Assembly: GCA_027310365.1 (NCBI GenBank) | Contig: DAIDAY010000001.1 | Span: 4,142-68,141, forward strand | Reading direction: 5' to 3' | Source: a bacterium | GTDB lineage: Bacteria > Patescibacteriota > Minisyncoccia > UBA6257 > GWB1-50-10 | DNA: 64,000 bases | In this document: piece after piece, positions 48,245-57,900 of the stretch | Numbering within the stretch: the first letter of the stretch is position 1 | How the letters are laid out: every line of letters begins with the position of its first letter | Made by a program: the position numbers and the translations under genes | Notes under the pieces: model-generated | What the model was told of the DNA's origin: nothing | Database searches by the model: none | The model's input: the letters and a program-made list of their open reading frames with translations, nothing else

Positions 48245-48352
48245 CGTCTATTATTTAACGCTCCTCGGCAGGTACAGGGTGTCGCGCAACGCTCTTGGAT
48301 TGCCTTTCGTATATAAGGATACGAAAGGTCGTAAATTGAACGATTACAAGAG

Positions 48353-49099
48353 ATGAAGAATACATCTACGCTCATGCTCGCCGGAGTTATTGTTTCCGGG
48401 ATGCTTCTTGCGGGAATGGCGCTCGCAGCCGAGGGAAAAGGGAACGGTTGGGGGGCGAGAGACGGCAAAGCGCTGGGCATTGTCGGGACCGTCGCATCGG
48501 TCAGCGGCACATCGCTCTCCATGACGAGCAAAAGTTTCGGGCCGAACGCGGCGACAACGACGTACGCCGTTGATGCTTCGAATGCCGCCGTCGTTAAAGA
48601 CGGCGCGACCGCGACGCTTGCGAGCATTGCGGTCGGCGACCGGGTGATAGTGCGGGGTACCGTGAGCGGCGCGTCAATTGCCGCGACCGTCATTCGTGAT
48701 GATGTGCCGATGAGAGGGAACGGGGAATTCGGCAAACGGCCCCAAGGGCAGGTGCCACCCATCCAGGGGAATGGTGAACCGGTTGTCGGGGGAAACGTAA
48801 CAGCAATCAATGGCACAACACTTACCGTGACGAACCGGAGCAGCGTTATTTATACCGTCGATGCTTCGAATGCGAAAGTGGTGAAAGAGAACGCCGCTTC
48901 GTCGATCGGTAGCGTCGCAGTCGGCGACAGCATCCTCGTCCAGGGGGTGGTAAACGGAAGGACCGTTACCGCGAACACGGTTATCGACCAAGGCGCGCCG
49001 AAAACACCGTCCACGAACGTAAGCACCGGCAATGAAGGTTTTGTAGGAAAAATCTTCGGAGGGATCGGAGGATTTTTCAAAAAACTCTTCGGATTTTAA
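48353..49099 (+). CDS. secreted protein with two internal ~70 aa repeats (DUF5666-like)
   Basis: A signal peptide. The two repeats are (GTVASVSGTSLSMTSKS...YAVDASNAAVVKDGATATLASIAVGDRVIVRGTVSG) and (GNVTAINGTTLTVTNRS...YTVDASNAKVVKENAASSIGSVAVGDSILVQGVVNG). Confidence 0.5.
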   Translation: MKNTSTLMLAGVIVSGMLLAGMALAAEGKGNGWGARDGKALGIVGTVASVSGTSLSMTSKSFGPNAATTTYAVDASNAAVVKDGATATLASIAVGDRVIVRGTVSGASIAATVIRDDVPMRGNGEFGKRPQGQVPPIQGNGEPVVGGNVTAINGTTLTVTNRSSVIYTVDASNAKVVKENAASSIGSVAVGDSILVQGVVNGRTVTANTVIDQGAPKTPSTNVSTGNEGFVGKIFGGIGGFFKKLFGF

Positions 49100-49276
49100 A
49101 CGGAGAGCCTCGACAAACGAACAGAGGGGAGGGGGTGTTTTGCGCTGATCCAAGTTCGGTTCTTCGGGTTTGACGAGAAACCCGCATTATGGGGGCTTCT
49201 CGTGCTATAATAAAAAGAAAGAGAAATCTTGCCGGCGGTCGCGAGCAAGAAGAAATTATTGTGCGTGTGACAATAA

Positions 49277-51128
49277 GATGAAACAAGCATACCTAAAAGG
49301 TCTTGTAGCCGGAAGCGCTCTCGTTGGAGGATTTTTTCTCAATATTCTTCCTGCGGCCGCTTCCACGCCGTCGCTGTCGGCGTTTTATACCGGCAACGGC
49401 GACTACGTGCAGATCAATATATCGAACGCCGATCCCAACGTCCCTGTCCTTTTGAACTACGCCTCCTCATTAACGTCGCTCGGCGCCACCAATGCGAATG
49501 GTTCTCTTTCTTTGACAATCAGCACCGCTCAGTACGGCATTCCGGCGGGGAGCGTCGTTTCCGCATCAGTCAATGGCCAAACATCCAACACCATCCAGTG
49601 GCCGTATACAAACCTCTCCGGTTCATTCAGCCTGAGCCAGACGAGCATTTCGCTCATCGCCGGGCAGTCAACGGTCGTTACGGTAAACCCTTCCGGCTCG
49701 TACTACCTTTCGAGTAATTCCAATCCGAGCGTCGCGAACATCGCGATCAACGGCAACCAGATCACGGTGACCGGAAATACCGCCGGAACGACGAATGGAA
49801 GCATCTGTTCTCTCGTAAATCCGTCGACGTGCGCATCGGCGACGATAAGCGTATCTGGTTCGGGAACGCAAACTATTTATTTCAGCCAGAATAACTTGAG
49901 CATGTCGTCGGGCCAAATCGCGACCGTCGTCGTGACGGGCGGGAGCGGTGCGTACTCTATTGTCGGCAATTCGAACTCTGCGAGCGTCCAAACGAACTTG
50001 AGTGGTTCCGTTATAACCTTGACCGCGGGTGCGACGATGGGGTCATCGGCGATTACCGTTTGTTCGGCCAATACGAGCTTTTGCAGCGTTTTGAACGTAA
50101 CGGTCGGCACCAATGCCAATTATTCCGTCCTCGTTTTCACGCCCGCGAATCCATCGCTCGCTTTCGGTCAGGCGACGTCGGTCAGCATCATAGGCGGCAT
50201 CGCGCCGTACTACGTAAGCTCGAACTCGAACAGCGGCATTGTCCAGGCGACGCTTTCCAACAACATCCTGACGCTCTCGGCGCAACAGACTGCCGGTTCC
50301 GCGACGGTTACGGTTTGTTCGGCGACGAACGCGTGCGGCTCCGTCGTGGCGAACGTCAATTCCACGAACGGCGCGATATCCTTTGGCCAGAGCAACATCT
50401 CCATCCCCGTGGGGCAAAGCTCCAATATCCCGATTTACGGCTCAAGCAACTATTACCTATCGAGCAACAGCAGCGCCTCCGTCGCCTCCGCCGTCATCAG
50501 CGGAACGAATGTTTTCATCTCGGGACTCGTGGCGGGAACCGACAGCATCGGCATCTGCTCGAGCGCCGGCCAGTGCGGCACGATCTTCGTGACCGTCGGA
50601 GGAACAGGAACGGTGAGTTCCTCGAACGCTACGGTCTCTCTGTATCAGTCGCTCGCCGTTGGGAGCCAACAAAATCTTCTTATATCGGGAGGAACGGCGC
50701 CGTATTACGTCTCGCCGGCCTCGAACTCCGCATTCAGCGCAACGATAAACAACGGGAGCACATTGACCCTTACGGGGCTTTCGGTCGGCATATCGTCGGT
50801 CAGCGTTTGTTCCTATAATGGTTCTTGCGCCACCCTGAACGTCACTGTGACGAACACATCCGCATCGAGCGGAGCGAGCAATGCCGGGAACGCGCCAAGC
50901 GGCATTTCCGACGGGTATGTTTTCAATAATCTCATCACCTACGGCATGAAGAATACCGACGTCCTGGAACTCCAGAAACGTTTGGCATCCCTCGGTTTCT
51001 ACGGAGGACCCCTTTCGGGCTACTACGGCGATTTGACTACGAAAGCGGTCCGAGCGTTCCAAACGGCGCGCGGCATCGCGGCGGCCGGTTACGTTGGGCC
51101 CTCAACGCGCGCAGCTTTGAACCGGTAG
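49277..51128 (+). CDS. cell-surface protein with ~7 tandem ~80 aa Ser/Thr/Asn-rich repeats and a C-terminal peptidoglycan-binding domain
   Basis: A signal peptide starts at M 49277 (the ORF-track start is 49170). Repeated units read ...SxSQxNxSxxxGQxxxVxxxGGxxxYYxSSNSNxxxVxxxIxGxxxTxTG.... The C-terminus (DVLELQKRLASLGFYGGPLSGYYGDLTTKAVRAFQ) matches PG_binding_1. Confidence 0.6.
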
Positions 51129-51137
51129 CCTTCATCC

Positions 51138-51680
51138 ATGCTTGAAAGGAAAACCATTGTTTGTGGAGGAGTGTTTGCGGCCGTATCGTTGATTTTTCTG
51201 ACGATGTACGTCGCGGTCCAGGAGAGTGAACGGCAGGCAGCAAACGATCCGCAGATTCAAATGGCGGAGGATGCCGCATCAGCCCTGAACGCCGGCGAAA
51301 CTTTGGGGGCCGTGGTGCCGGGCGAGCGGATAGACGTCCTGAAGAGCCTTGCGCCATTCATCGAGGTTTTCGACAATGCGGGGAAACCAGTCATCTCTTC
51401 GGGGTACCTGAATAACGTGATGCCTACGCTTTCAAGCGGTGTTTTTGATTATGTCCGGAACCGCGGAGAAAACCGTTTCACCTGGCAGCCGGAATCCGGC
51501 GTGCGGGACGCCGCAGTTATGACGCGTTTCAATTCGGGTTTCGTTCTTGTCGCCCGGTCGCTGCGGGAGGTTGAGAAGCGCGAAAGCCGGCTTTTGTTGG
51601 AAGTATTCGCCGGGTGGGTTATTCTTTGGGGGACTTGGGGAATTGGCGCTCATCTCCTTAAAAAGAAGGCGGAGAAATAG
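51138..51680 (+). CDS. hypothetical protein with N- and C-terminal TM helices
   Basis: Hydrophobic segments at both ends. No homology recognised. Confidence 0.4.
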   Translation: MLERKTIVCGGVFAAVSLIFLTMYVAVQESERQAANDPQIQMAEDAASALNAGETLGAVVPGERIDVLKSLAPFIEVFDNAGKPVISSGYLNNVMPTLSSGVFDYVRNRGENRFTWQPESGVRDAAVMTRFNSGFVLVARSLREVEKRESRLLLEVFAGWVILWGTWGIGAHLLKKKAEK

Positions 51681-51769
51681 AACGTTTTCCACAGAAACGA
51701 CTTTCACCCGCCTTCCGGCGGGTTTAAAATAGTATGAGAAATTTTTATTAATAAACCCCGGAGGTAATC

Positions 51770-52066
51770 GTGGATGTCGATTCCATACGCATCACGGAAC
51801 ACGTGAAGCAAAGATTTTCGGAGAGGTTTCTCAGGGTCAATAGAAGCAAACCGAAGAATTCAGAAGCGACGCTGAGAAAATTGCTGGCTGATGCTGAAGA
51901 AGTGGAAAGGCCTCATGCCTTTTACTACGTGATAAAGCATCATGCAAGAGCAAGATATTTTGCCGCCGGCAACTGGTATTTTGTTTTCGACATGCCCGTT
52001 ATCACGTTGATAACGGCTTTCCATCGGGACTCAAGCCGTCCGCCCTGGCCCAAGAAAGAAATATAA
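51770..52066 (+). CDS. hypothetical protein, DUF4258-like (possible solitary toxin-family member)
   Basis: An N-terminal IRITEHVKQRFSER segment and a C-terminal beta segment WYFVFDMPVITLITAFH. The similarity is weak. Confidence 0.35.
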   Translation: MDVDSIRITEHVKQRFSERFLRVNRSKPKNSEATLRKLLADAEEVERPHAFYYVIKHHARARYFAAGNWYFVFDMPVITLITAFHRDSSRPPWPKKEI

Positions 52067-52084
52067 AATTGAGAGCGTGCATTC

Positions 52085-52116
52085 AAGCGGCTGCTTGGAA
52101 AATCAAACAGCCGCTT
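52085..52116. terminator. hairpin between convergent genes (perfect 9 bp stem AAGCGGCTG / CAGCCGCTT)
   Basis: On the + strand the hairpin is followed by TCCTTTTAT. It lies between the 51770..52066 (+) and dedA (-) 3' ends. Confidence 0.5.
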
Positions 52117-52121
52117 TCCTT

Positions 52122-52745
52122 TTATGAAGGAGCACCGTTCCGGCGCTTCTTGATGTAACGTTTAAGCTTCAACCCGAAGACAGCGAGAAGGAGGAGGGTA
52201 AGGAGCGAATAGAAGGCGAACGAAGCCCCGCCGAAATCTTGGGCGATTTTCTCCCAATAAGAACCCATAAAGTGTCCCGCGATGGCATATCCGCCGCTCC
52301 ACGTGACAGCCGAGAGGATGACGGTAAGGAGGAAAGTGCGCGGTTGCACCTGGAGAAGCCCCGCGGCGACCGACGTATATCCTCTCACATAGGGAATAAG
52401 CCGGCCGAGGTAAATCCCCCACCAGTTTTTTTCGAGAATCCTTTCGCTGAAGTGTTCAATGTGTTCGATCTTGATGGGTATCCAGCGCGGCTTTTTATTC
52501 AAGATGGTTTTTCCAAAGAAATAGAAAACGAAGAACAGAATCGATGTCCCGATGAAGTCTGCGGCGACCACTGAAAGGAATACCAAGGGAAGGCTTAAAA
52601 CGCGGATGGATGTAAGATAGCCGGCGAAAAGGAGAACAAACTCGTTCGGGATGGGATTCGGCACTCCGATTTCCTGGAGAAAAACGAGCGAAAAAATCGC
52701 GAGATACCCGTACTGGGTGATATAATCCGCGAGTGCGGTAGGCAT
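52122..52745 (-). CDS. DedA/SNARE-associated (VTT domain) membrane protein
   Basis: YGYLAIFSLVFLQEIGVPNPIPNEFVLLFAGYL...GRLIPYVRGYTSVAAG matches the DedA family. Confidence 0.8.
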   Translation of the reverse strand: MPTALADYITQYGYLAIFSLVFLQEIGVPNPIPNEFVLLFAGYLTSIRVLSLPLVFLSVVAADFIGTSILFFVFYFFGKTILNKKPRWIPIKIEHIEHFSERILEKNWWGIYLGRLIPYVRGYTSVAAGLLQVQPRTFLLTVILSAVTWSGGYAIAGHFMGSYWEKIAQDFGGASFAFYSLLTLLLLAVFGLKLKRYIKKRRNGAPS

Positions 52746-52804
52746 TGCTTAATTATAGGGGAGGAGGTATAACTTTTAAAGCTCATTAAGGAGACAATAA
52801 GAAA

Positions 52805-53557
52805 ATGAAAAAAACGAGGTTTTTTATTTGTGTTCCCGTTCGCAATGAAGCGGGGACGATAGGTGACCTCCTCACATCGATTTTCTCTTTTGAATTGGAT
52901 GAAGGGGACAGTCTTTTCATCATCATCGCGGATAACGGATCAGTAGACAACACCGCTGAAATAGCCAGGAAGGCTTTGGGTCAGAGAGGTAAAGTGATTT
53001 CCGCAACTAAAATGCAAGATCACCACAACTATCCGCGGGAAGAGGCTTTTCGGGCGTCATTTTTCTATTCAGAATCCCCGGATGACATCATGTGTTTTTT
53101 TGATGCGGACGATTCTGATATTCCTTCCGACTGGTTGAGGTGCGTGAAAAGAAAAATCCGGAAAGGCTATGTCGCGGCGAGCGGACCCTATAGATACGAC
53201 TTCAAGGAGTGGTACTGGAAAACGGCGAACTGGCTTGCCAATTGGTTTATCATGCCCCTTCTGCCGTATGTTCTGCATGCGGTTTACGGGAAAAAAGCTG
53301 CCATAATCATTGGGGGTAACTTTGCGGCAACGCGGGAAGCCCTGAATGACATCGGCGGAATTCCACAAGTTGAGCCCCTCGACGACGACCCGGCGATAGC
53401 GATGCGGTTGGTGCGGCTCGCGGGTCCGGTTGCTTTTACGAACAGGATGGCGGTTAAAAGCTCCGCGAGGCGCTATTACAAATATGGCGTCGGGAAAACT
53501 CAAAAAAAATACTTCGAGAGATTCATGAAAATCTACAAGGAGGAGGAAAAAAAATGA
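52805..53557 (+). CDS. glycosyltransferase family 2
   Basis: FICVPVRNEAGTIGDLL...IIIADNGSVDNT and a DAD-like FFDADDSD motif. Confidence 0.7.
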   Translation: MKKTRFFICVPVRNEAGTIGDLLTSIFSFELDEGDSLFIIIADNGSVDNTAEIARKALGQRGKVISATKMQDHHNYPREEAFRASFFYSESPDDIMCFFDADDSDIPSDWLRCVKRKIRKGYVAASGPYRYDFKEWYWKTANWLANWFIMPLLPYVLHAVYGKKAAIIIGGNFAATREALNDIGGIPQVEPLDDDPAIAMRLVRLAGPVAFTNRMAVKSSARRYYKYGVGKTQKKYFERFMKIYKEEEKK

Positions 53558-53622
53558 GTTTTCCTTTGCAAATCGGATGGAGATTTTTGTGCTCCATCCG
53601 ATTTTTGTTATAATGGAGATGC

Positions 53623-54300
53623 ATGGAAATACAATGGAACAGGGTAACGTGGTATTCGCGTATTTTCTCGATCATCATTTTCACGGCACTACCGTTCTGG
53701 GGATTCTATCTCGGTTATAACTACGGCCAAACGCAGATATCAGGGCCGATCATCGTGACTATCGGCCCGGTAAGGAACGCTGCGGCAAAGCAAAGCGGAA
53801 TACCGGCTTCCGGCTGGTTTCCCTATCGAAACGATCAGTACGGTTTTACGCTCAAATACCCGCTGGGAGTCGAACAGCAAATGCCGACTGAGGGACAGCT
53901 CGTGAAGTTGAGCATTCCCGGCATTTTCGAAATAGGCACGAACTTCGCCGAAGCCTCGTTTGTTGTAAGCGCCAGGAGAGATCCGTCGGCCATTTCGCGT
54001 TGCGAAACGTTCAGCGGTTCGAATCTTGGCCCCGGAGGCGAAACTTCAACGGTCGTCGTGGAAGGCATCACGTTCTACGATACCAAGAGCGCCGATGCGG
54101 GTGCCGGAAATTTCTACCAGACGGATGATTTAAGAACGCTCCGCAACGGCGCCTGCTACGATATAATCATGACCATTCATTCCACCAACATCGATAATTA
54201 CCCGCAGGAATTCGGCGTCCAGCCATTTAACTATAACAAGATTCGCGATCTCCTCTTCGCAATCCTCCAAACATTTTCCTTCGCCCCCACACCTCAGTAA
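53623..54300 (+). CDS. hypothetical secreted protein
   Basis: An N-terminal TM or signal segment. No homology recognised. Confidence 0.4.
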   Translation: MEIQWNRVTWYSRIFSIIIFTALPFWGFYLGYNYGQTQISGPIIVTIGPVRNAAAKQSGIPASGWFPYRNDQYGFTLKYPLGVEQQMPTEGQLVKLSIPGIFEIGTNFAEASFVVSARRDPSAISRCETFSGSNLGPGGETSTVVVEGITFYDTKSADAGAGNFYQTDDLRTLRNGACYDIIMTIHSTNIDNYPQEFGVQPFNYNKIRDLLFAILQTFSFAPTPQ

Positions 54301-54351
54301 GATTACGCAATGCGGAAGGGATACCCTTCCTGAGATGGAGAGGGTCGCCCA

Positions 54352-55137
54352 ATGACTATGAAAAATAAAACAAAAGACATTGCGGGTTTAGCGATCGGCA
54401 TACTCGCCGTCACTTTGATTGTTTATTTCGGCTTCATCGAAAACGGCGGCCCGGCGCCGGTTCCGGCAGGGGACAGTGGATACGCCATTTCGGCGCGGAC
54501 CCTCGACGAAGCAGGAAGAGGTTATTCAATCACCGGTTTGTATCCCGTGTTAAAAGGCGCCGGCGCAGTCGCATTCAACGCGTATGTTTCTTCGGTGATC
54601 CAGGGGCGCATTGACGCCTTTACCCGATCGCTAGCCGCGATGGATACTTCCCGTCTGCCGCCCCAAATGCAGAATGCGACGAGTACACTTGTCATTGACT
54701 ACGAAACCGTTGCGACATCTTCGGATTTCGTTGATTTCCTCTTTTCGTCCGAAAGTTATCTCATCGGCATGGCGCATCCGACGCACGCCCTGGATTCGGT
54801 GAACTTTGACCTCGCGGCCGGAAAAGAAATCAGCCTGCCGGATTTATTCCAGCCGGGCGCGGATTATCTCGCGGCGATCGCCGACTACTCGCGGAATGAC
54901 ATCTTAAACCAGATCAAGAACGGCGTTTATTCTTCGACTGAAGATTACGTCAACCAGAACGGAGGATTGATACCCGATCCGGTGAACTTTAGTGTTTTCA
55001 ACGTCACGAAAAACGCGCTCATCATCCGCTTCCAGGAATACCAAGTCGGGCCGTACGTGTCGGGGCCCGCATCAACTTCCATTCCGTGGAGCAGCCTTTC
55101 CGGTATCCTGAACCCTTTCGTCTCCCGATATTTCTAA
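54352..55137 (+). CDS. secreted protein, DUF4163/DUF3298-like (RsiV/PdaC extracellular domain-like)
   Basis: An N-terminal TM helix. The composition and spacing resemble DUF3298 (...EISLPDLFQPGADYLAAIADYSRNDILNQI...). The similarity is weak. Confidence 0.4.
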   Translation: MTMKNKTKDIAGLAIGILAVTLIVYFGFIENGGPAPVPAGDSGYAISARTLDEAGRGYSITGLYPVLKGAGAVAFNAYVSSVIQGRIDAFTRSLAAMDTSRLPPQMQNATSTLVIDYETVATSSDFVDFLFSSESYLIGMAHPTHALDSVNFDLAAGKEISLPDLFQPGADYLAAIADYSRNDILNQIKNGVYSSTEDYVNQNGGLIPDPVNFSVFNVTKNALIIRFQEYQVGPYVSGPASTSIPWSSLSGILNPFVSRYF

Positions 55138-55150
55138 ATTTCCCAAACGA

Positions 55151-55186
55151 GACCCCCCATCAGTCATAAACTGGCGGGGGGTCTTT
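55151..55186. terminator. hairpin between convergent genes (GACCCCCC ... GGGGGGTC) followed by TTT
   Basis: An 8 bp GC-rich stem with a 17 nt loop, located between the 54352..55137 (+) and 55201..55416 (-) 3' ends. Confidence 0.5.
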
Positions 55187-55200
55187 GTCTCCCTTCGATC

Positions 55201-55416
55201 TTATATATTCCCCGACGGTATTTGGGATTTCTTTCCCAAAAGTTTCGTGATCGCCCAGAGTCCGGAGAGACCGACCAAGATGTAAATGATGGTCGACAAG
55301 GTCGATCCCGCGCCGAAAAGGGCATCAACCAAGTTAAAATTGAATGCTCCGACAAGGCCCCAGTTGATGGCACCGATGACGACAAGGAGCGTTGCAATCC
55401 ATTTAACAGCTTTCAT
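55201..55416 (-). CDS. DUF378-family small membrane protein
   Basis: LLVVIGAINWGLVGAFNFNLVDALFG...IIYILVGLSGLW matches DUF378. A TAGTATAAT -10-like sequence lies upstream on the minus strand. Confidence 0.6.
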   Translation of the reverse strand: MKAVKWIATLLVVIGAINWGLVGAFNFNLVDALFGAGSTLSTIIYILVGLSGLWAITKLLGKKSQIPSGNI

Positions 55417-55521
55417 TTTTGTGATGTAAAAGCTCGCGACCTTTTTTCTTTTTATTATACTAAAAATCGTCCTATCCCCGCAGGGCAGGCGTCTTCCGCA
55501 AGGATTCGATGGTAGCCATAC

Positions 55522-55719
55522 TCATATAAGCGAAGTGCGCGGATGGAGCGCATCCCTCCCGTCCGGTGACGGCGCCACGTGGACGAGAAAAACCGGCATG
55601 CCGTTTTTCCGGGAAGCATCCGCGATCGCCGCGGCATTCTTCACGACGTCGGAAGCGAAGTATGGGTATCGTTCTCCCGTCGCGATGCCTTTCTGGAGGT
55701 CGATCACGAGTTTACTCAT
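55522..55719 (-). pseudogene. isochorismatase-family (cysteine hydrolase) N-terminal fragment, 66 aa, truncated
   Basis: MSKLVIDLQKGIATGERYPYFASDVVKNAAAIADASRKNGMPVFLVHVAPSPDG resembles the first ~60 aa of isochorismatase-like hydrolases, then hits a stop. The start ATG overlaps the upstream ORF stop (ATGA). Confidence 0.35.
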
Positions 55720-55916
55720 AACTTGATGGCGAGAACCGTCAAAATTTTCCATATGGCTATCTTCCGCATGATTTTTTGCTTCAGGCTGTCGGTTTTTTCC
55801 AGGGTAACTTTTTTTACCGCTTCGCGTTCAAGATCGTTGACATACCGCTCAAGCATTTCTCTTGTCGCTTCCCGTTCCGGCGCCCGCTCCGGCATAGGAG
55901 GAAGTTCATGATTCAT
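55716..55916 (-). CDS. small hypothetical protein (66 aa)
   Basis: Minus-strand ORF translationally coupled to the downstream fragment. It has a charged N-terminus and a hydrophobic C-terminus. No homology recognised. Confidence 0.3.
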   Translation of the reverse strand: MNHELPPMPERAPEREATREMLERYVNDLEREAVKKVTLEKTDSLKQKIMRKIAIWKILTVLAIKL

Positions 55917-56164
55917 ATCGGTTTTGATACCAATTCGTCGAGTTCCTTCTCAATCATTCTCTGGAACTCCTTAGGGTCGCTTCCACTCAAGTGTTTTTTC
56001 GTTTTGAAACTCTCGGTGTAGTTTTCGAGAGCGTAGAACGACGAATTCAATTCCTCGAAGAAGAGTGATTTCTGGTCCCGGGAAAGGTGGGGAATGATGA
56101 ATTCGAGCCAAACGCCCTTGTCTTCGTGGGAGAGCCGCGAGCTCGTGATAAGTTCCTCAAGCAT
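55913..56164 (-). CDS. small hypothetical protein (84 aa)
   Basis: This is the C-terminal part of the 286 aa ORF-track entry at 55913..56773. The N-terminal 2/3 of that ORF is antisense to the lipoprotein gene at 56195..56725 and is judged spurious. Confidence 0.3.
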   Translation of the reverse strand: MLEELITSSRLSHEDKGVWLEFIIPHLSRDQKSLFFEELNSSFYALENYTESFKTKKHLSGSDPKEFQRMIEKELDELVSKPI

Positions 56165-56194
56165 GATGAGATATGATATTATTATACCAAGCCC

Positions 56195-56725
56195 ATGAAA
56201 AAATTTGTTTATCTCGTGATCGGGGCAATCATTATCGTTGTCCTTTGGATTGCTCTCGGCTCCCAGAAAAAAGCGGTGGCGCCCGTGGTCACGGCGCCCG
56301 TGGTCACGGCGACGCCATCGGTGGAAACGAACGGCTCCATTACGGTAACGACGCCGCCTGCGCCGGAGAAGATTGTTGTTCAATCCGGTTATTTCAGCCA
56401 GGAAAGCGCTTCTTCCCTCGGGACGTACCTGACCGACGCAAAGGGCATGACGCTCTACACTTTTGGGAACGATGCGCCGGGTGTCAGTAACTGCTATGAC
56501 ACTTGCATCGACAAATGGCCGGCATACGGCCCGAGCGTCAAAGCGGGTACGGCGCCGGCGAATCTCCCGATGCTTCCCGCGGACGTGGCTACCACAAAGA
56601 GATCCGATGGGACGTTGCAATTCACCTGGAAGGGGATGCCTTTGTATTATTATTTCAGCGACAAGAATCCCGGCGACACGCTTGGCGAGGGAATCGGCGG
56701 CGTTTGGTACGTCGTGAAATTGTAA
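56195..56725 (+). CDS. secreted lipoprotein with Yx(FWY)xxD-type repeats (COG4315-like)
   Basis: A signal peptide. Two motif-bearing repeats: GMTLYTFGNDAPGVSNCYDTCIDKWPAY and TLQFTWKGMPLYYYFSDKNPGDTLGEG. Confidence 0.65.
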   Translation: MKKFVYLVIGAIIIVVLWIALGSQKKAVAPVVTAPVVTATPSVETNGSITVTTPPAPEKIVVQSGYFSQESASSLGTYLTDAKGMTLYTFGNDAPGVSNCYDTCIDKWPAYGPSVKAGTAPANLPMLPADVATTKRSDGTLQFTWKGMPLYYYFSDKNPGDTLGEGIGGVWYVVKL

Positions 56726-56800
56726 TTTTCTATCGAGAACGGGGGGCCTAATATTTTGAGGATAATTTTGCAAGCGCCGATGTCTTCGGCGCTTTTATAA

Positions 56801-57472
56801 TTGAGAGTGATGAAAATGAAGGATATGCCGCGGGTGGAGCGGCCGCGGGAGAAACTCGCGAAGTACGGCGCCGAGCGGCTTCAAGATGCGGAACTTCTGG
56901 CGATTCTCCTCGGGTCGGGTGTGCGAGGCATGAACGTCGTCGAGCTTTCCAAGAAGATTCTCCGGAATTTCAGCGGAGCGAAACTGCAGAATGCTTCCGC
57001 CGGTGATTTCGCAAAGATACACGGCTTGGGTTCCGTGAAGGCCTCGCAAATCGTGGCATCCTTGGAATTGAGTCGTCGCCTCTTAAAAGGGAAAAAAGCC
57101 GCACTGATTTTGTCGCCGGGGGACGTGTGGAACGAACTCAAGGACATCCGCAACTGCAAGAAAGAGTATTTTATCGTTTTCTATCTCGACGCCCGAAACC
57201 AGGAAATCAAGCGGGAAATCGTATCCGTGGGAACGTTGAACGCGAGCTTAGTCCACCCGCGCGAGGTTTTCGAGCCGGCGGTGAGGAATCTTGCGGCGCA
57301 AATTATTATCGCCCATAATCATCCCTCCGATAACACTGATCCTTCAGAAGAAGACATTATCCTCACGAATCGTCTTGCGGAAGCGGGGAGGATCCTCGAT
57401 ATCGAGATTCTCGATCATGTCATTGTTTCACAATCGGTCTTCTTGAGTTTCAAAGAGAAGAAACTGCTGTAG
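56801..57472 (+). CDS. radC: RadC-like JAB/MPN domain protein (UPF0758)
   Basis: An N-terminal HhH region (LLAILLGSGVRGMNVVEL) and the JAMM motif HNHPSDNTDPSEEDIILTNRL. Confidence 0.85.
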   Translation: MRVMKMKDMPRVERPREKLAKYGAERLQDAELLAILLGSGVRGMNVVELSKKILRNFSGAKLQNASAGDFAKIHGLGSVKASQIVASLELSRRLLKGKKAALILSPGDVWNELKDIRNCKKEYFIVFYLDARNQEIKREIVSVGTLNASLVHPREVFEPAVRNLAAQIIIAHNHPSDNTDPSEEDIILTNRLAEAGRILDIEILDHVIVSQSVFLSFKEKKLL

Positions 57473-57525
57473 GTCTTCATATCTGTACAATCTCCGCACG
57501 TCAGGTCTTCGCGAACTCGCCCGCG

Positions 57526-57840
57526 GTGAATCCCGTTACCCCGCTCCGTCTATTATTGCCTAAAAGAAATCTCCAGATCGAAAGACGGCTTGAGAAGAAG
57601 ATCGCTCAACGGGGACATCGCTTGAAGCGGTACGAGAAGCGGAAGATCGGGAACATTTCCAATGGAAGAACGGCGACGAGGTCAAGAAATACATCAAAAC
57701 GCACAAGGAGCACATCGGCGAGGAGTTGATGGACGTTTTGTACTGGTTGCTCCTCTTGAGCCACGATCTCGACATCGATATCAAAAAGGCATTCGGGGAT
57801 AAGGGGGAGAAGAATGAAAAGAAATATCCCGTCGAGAAAT
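57526..57840 (+). pseudogene. MazG-like nucleotide pyrophosphohydrolase, frameshifted (3' end approximate; the in-frame stop is at 58058)
   Basis: From ~57594 one frame reads ...LEAVREAEDREHFQWKNGDEV...KEHIGEELMDVLYWLLLLSHDLDIDIKKAFGDKGEKNEKKYP, the MazG-like two-EExxE core and C-terminus, but a TGA sits 11 codons upstream. The N-terminus (MNPVTPLRLLLPKRNLQIERRLEKKIAQRG) is in a different frame starting at 57526. Confidence 0.5.
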
Positions 57841-57900
57841 CGCGCGGAAGCCGCCGGAAATACACGGAGTCCTCAATCGGCAAACAAAACGGTCGCGACC

